A stretch of DNA of 63,834 nt, the filler included, from Octopus bimaculoides (lineage: Eukaryota): assembly GCF_001194135.2 (NCBI RefSeq). It is 4 parts of 4 records of this genome, joined end to end, with 100 filler letters (N's around TTAATTAATTAA, not from the genome) between each part and the next. Parts side by side here need not be neighbours in the genome. Positions count along the whole stretch, not along the records: positions 61,934 to 63,834 come from NW_026360500.1; 3 more parts are not named here. One strand, written 5' to 3'. The stretch's first letter is position 1; every line of letters starts with the position of its first letter. Below are positions 63,590 to 63,834 of the stretch, in pieces. The notes beneath the pieces are model-generated. The model worked only from the letters and a program-made list of their open reading frames with translations, searched no databases and had not been told where the DNA came from. The position numbers and the translations under genes were made by a program.

Positions 63590-63750
63590 ACGTTGTCTGA
63601 ACAGGTGCACAGGTGTGCCACGGGTCAGGTGTCGAAGTGATCACAGAGCGACAGGAGAGGAAGTGTTTTGCTCAAGAACACAACGTCCCACCCAGTCTAA
63701 GAATTGAAATCACGATCTAGCGATCTCTAACCACTAAGCCATGCGCTCTC
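63590..63750 (-). mobile_element. tRNA-derived SINE head of a further family (related fragment at about 37270-37410)
   Basis: TTGCTCAAGAACACAACG...GAATTGAAATCACGATC...CTAACCACTAAGCCATGCGC is the reverse complement of a tRNA-like head. Confidence 0.65.
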
Positions 63751-63834
63751 ATATATATGTCAAGCGGTGATGGTGGGGACAAACACGGACACAATACGTT
63801 ACACACACCTATTCACTAACACACATACACACTT

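Overview
AT-rich, gap-riddled animal genomic DNA. Large N runs make up roughly a tenth of the window. The microsatellite load and SINE families suggest an octopus draft assembly, which is an inference made without a database search. There is no complete protein-coding gene, rRNA, true tRNA or CRISPR array; almost all ORFs in the supplied track are microsatellite or gap artefacts. The window is mostly transposon debris: at least three tRNA-derived SINE families, a near full-length Tigger/pogo element, mariner and Tc1 fragments, hAT, piggyBac and mariner MITEs, CR1-, CRE- and R4/Dong-like LINE fragments, and Penelope-like element (PLE) pieces. Host-gene signals are limited to a good first-coding-exon candidate (4228-4317, minus), a promoter-like CCAAT/bZIP cluster near 17.2 kb and several weak exon candidates. 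The most interesting signal is a set of about 7 hammerhead-ribozyme motifs from at least 4 sequence families, probably PLE pseudo-LTRs. The best has an intact core and sits at the apex of a 71-bp near-perfect foldback (20030-20284). Others occur as an inverted pair (54.0-54.55 kb), in a tandem plus inverted array (49.1-49.6 kb), and as a family with a recurrent non-canonical CUGUUGA core. All alignments and folds were done by eye.
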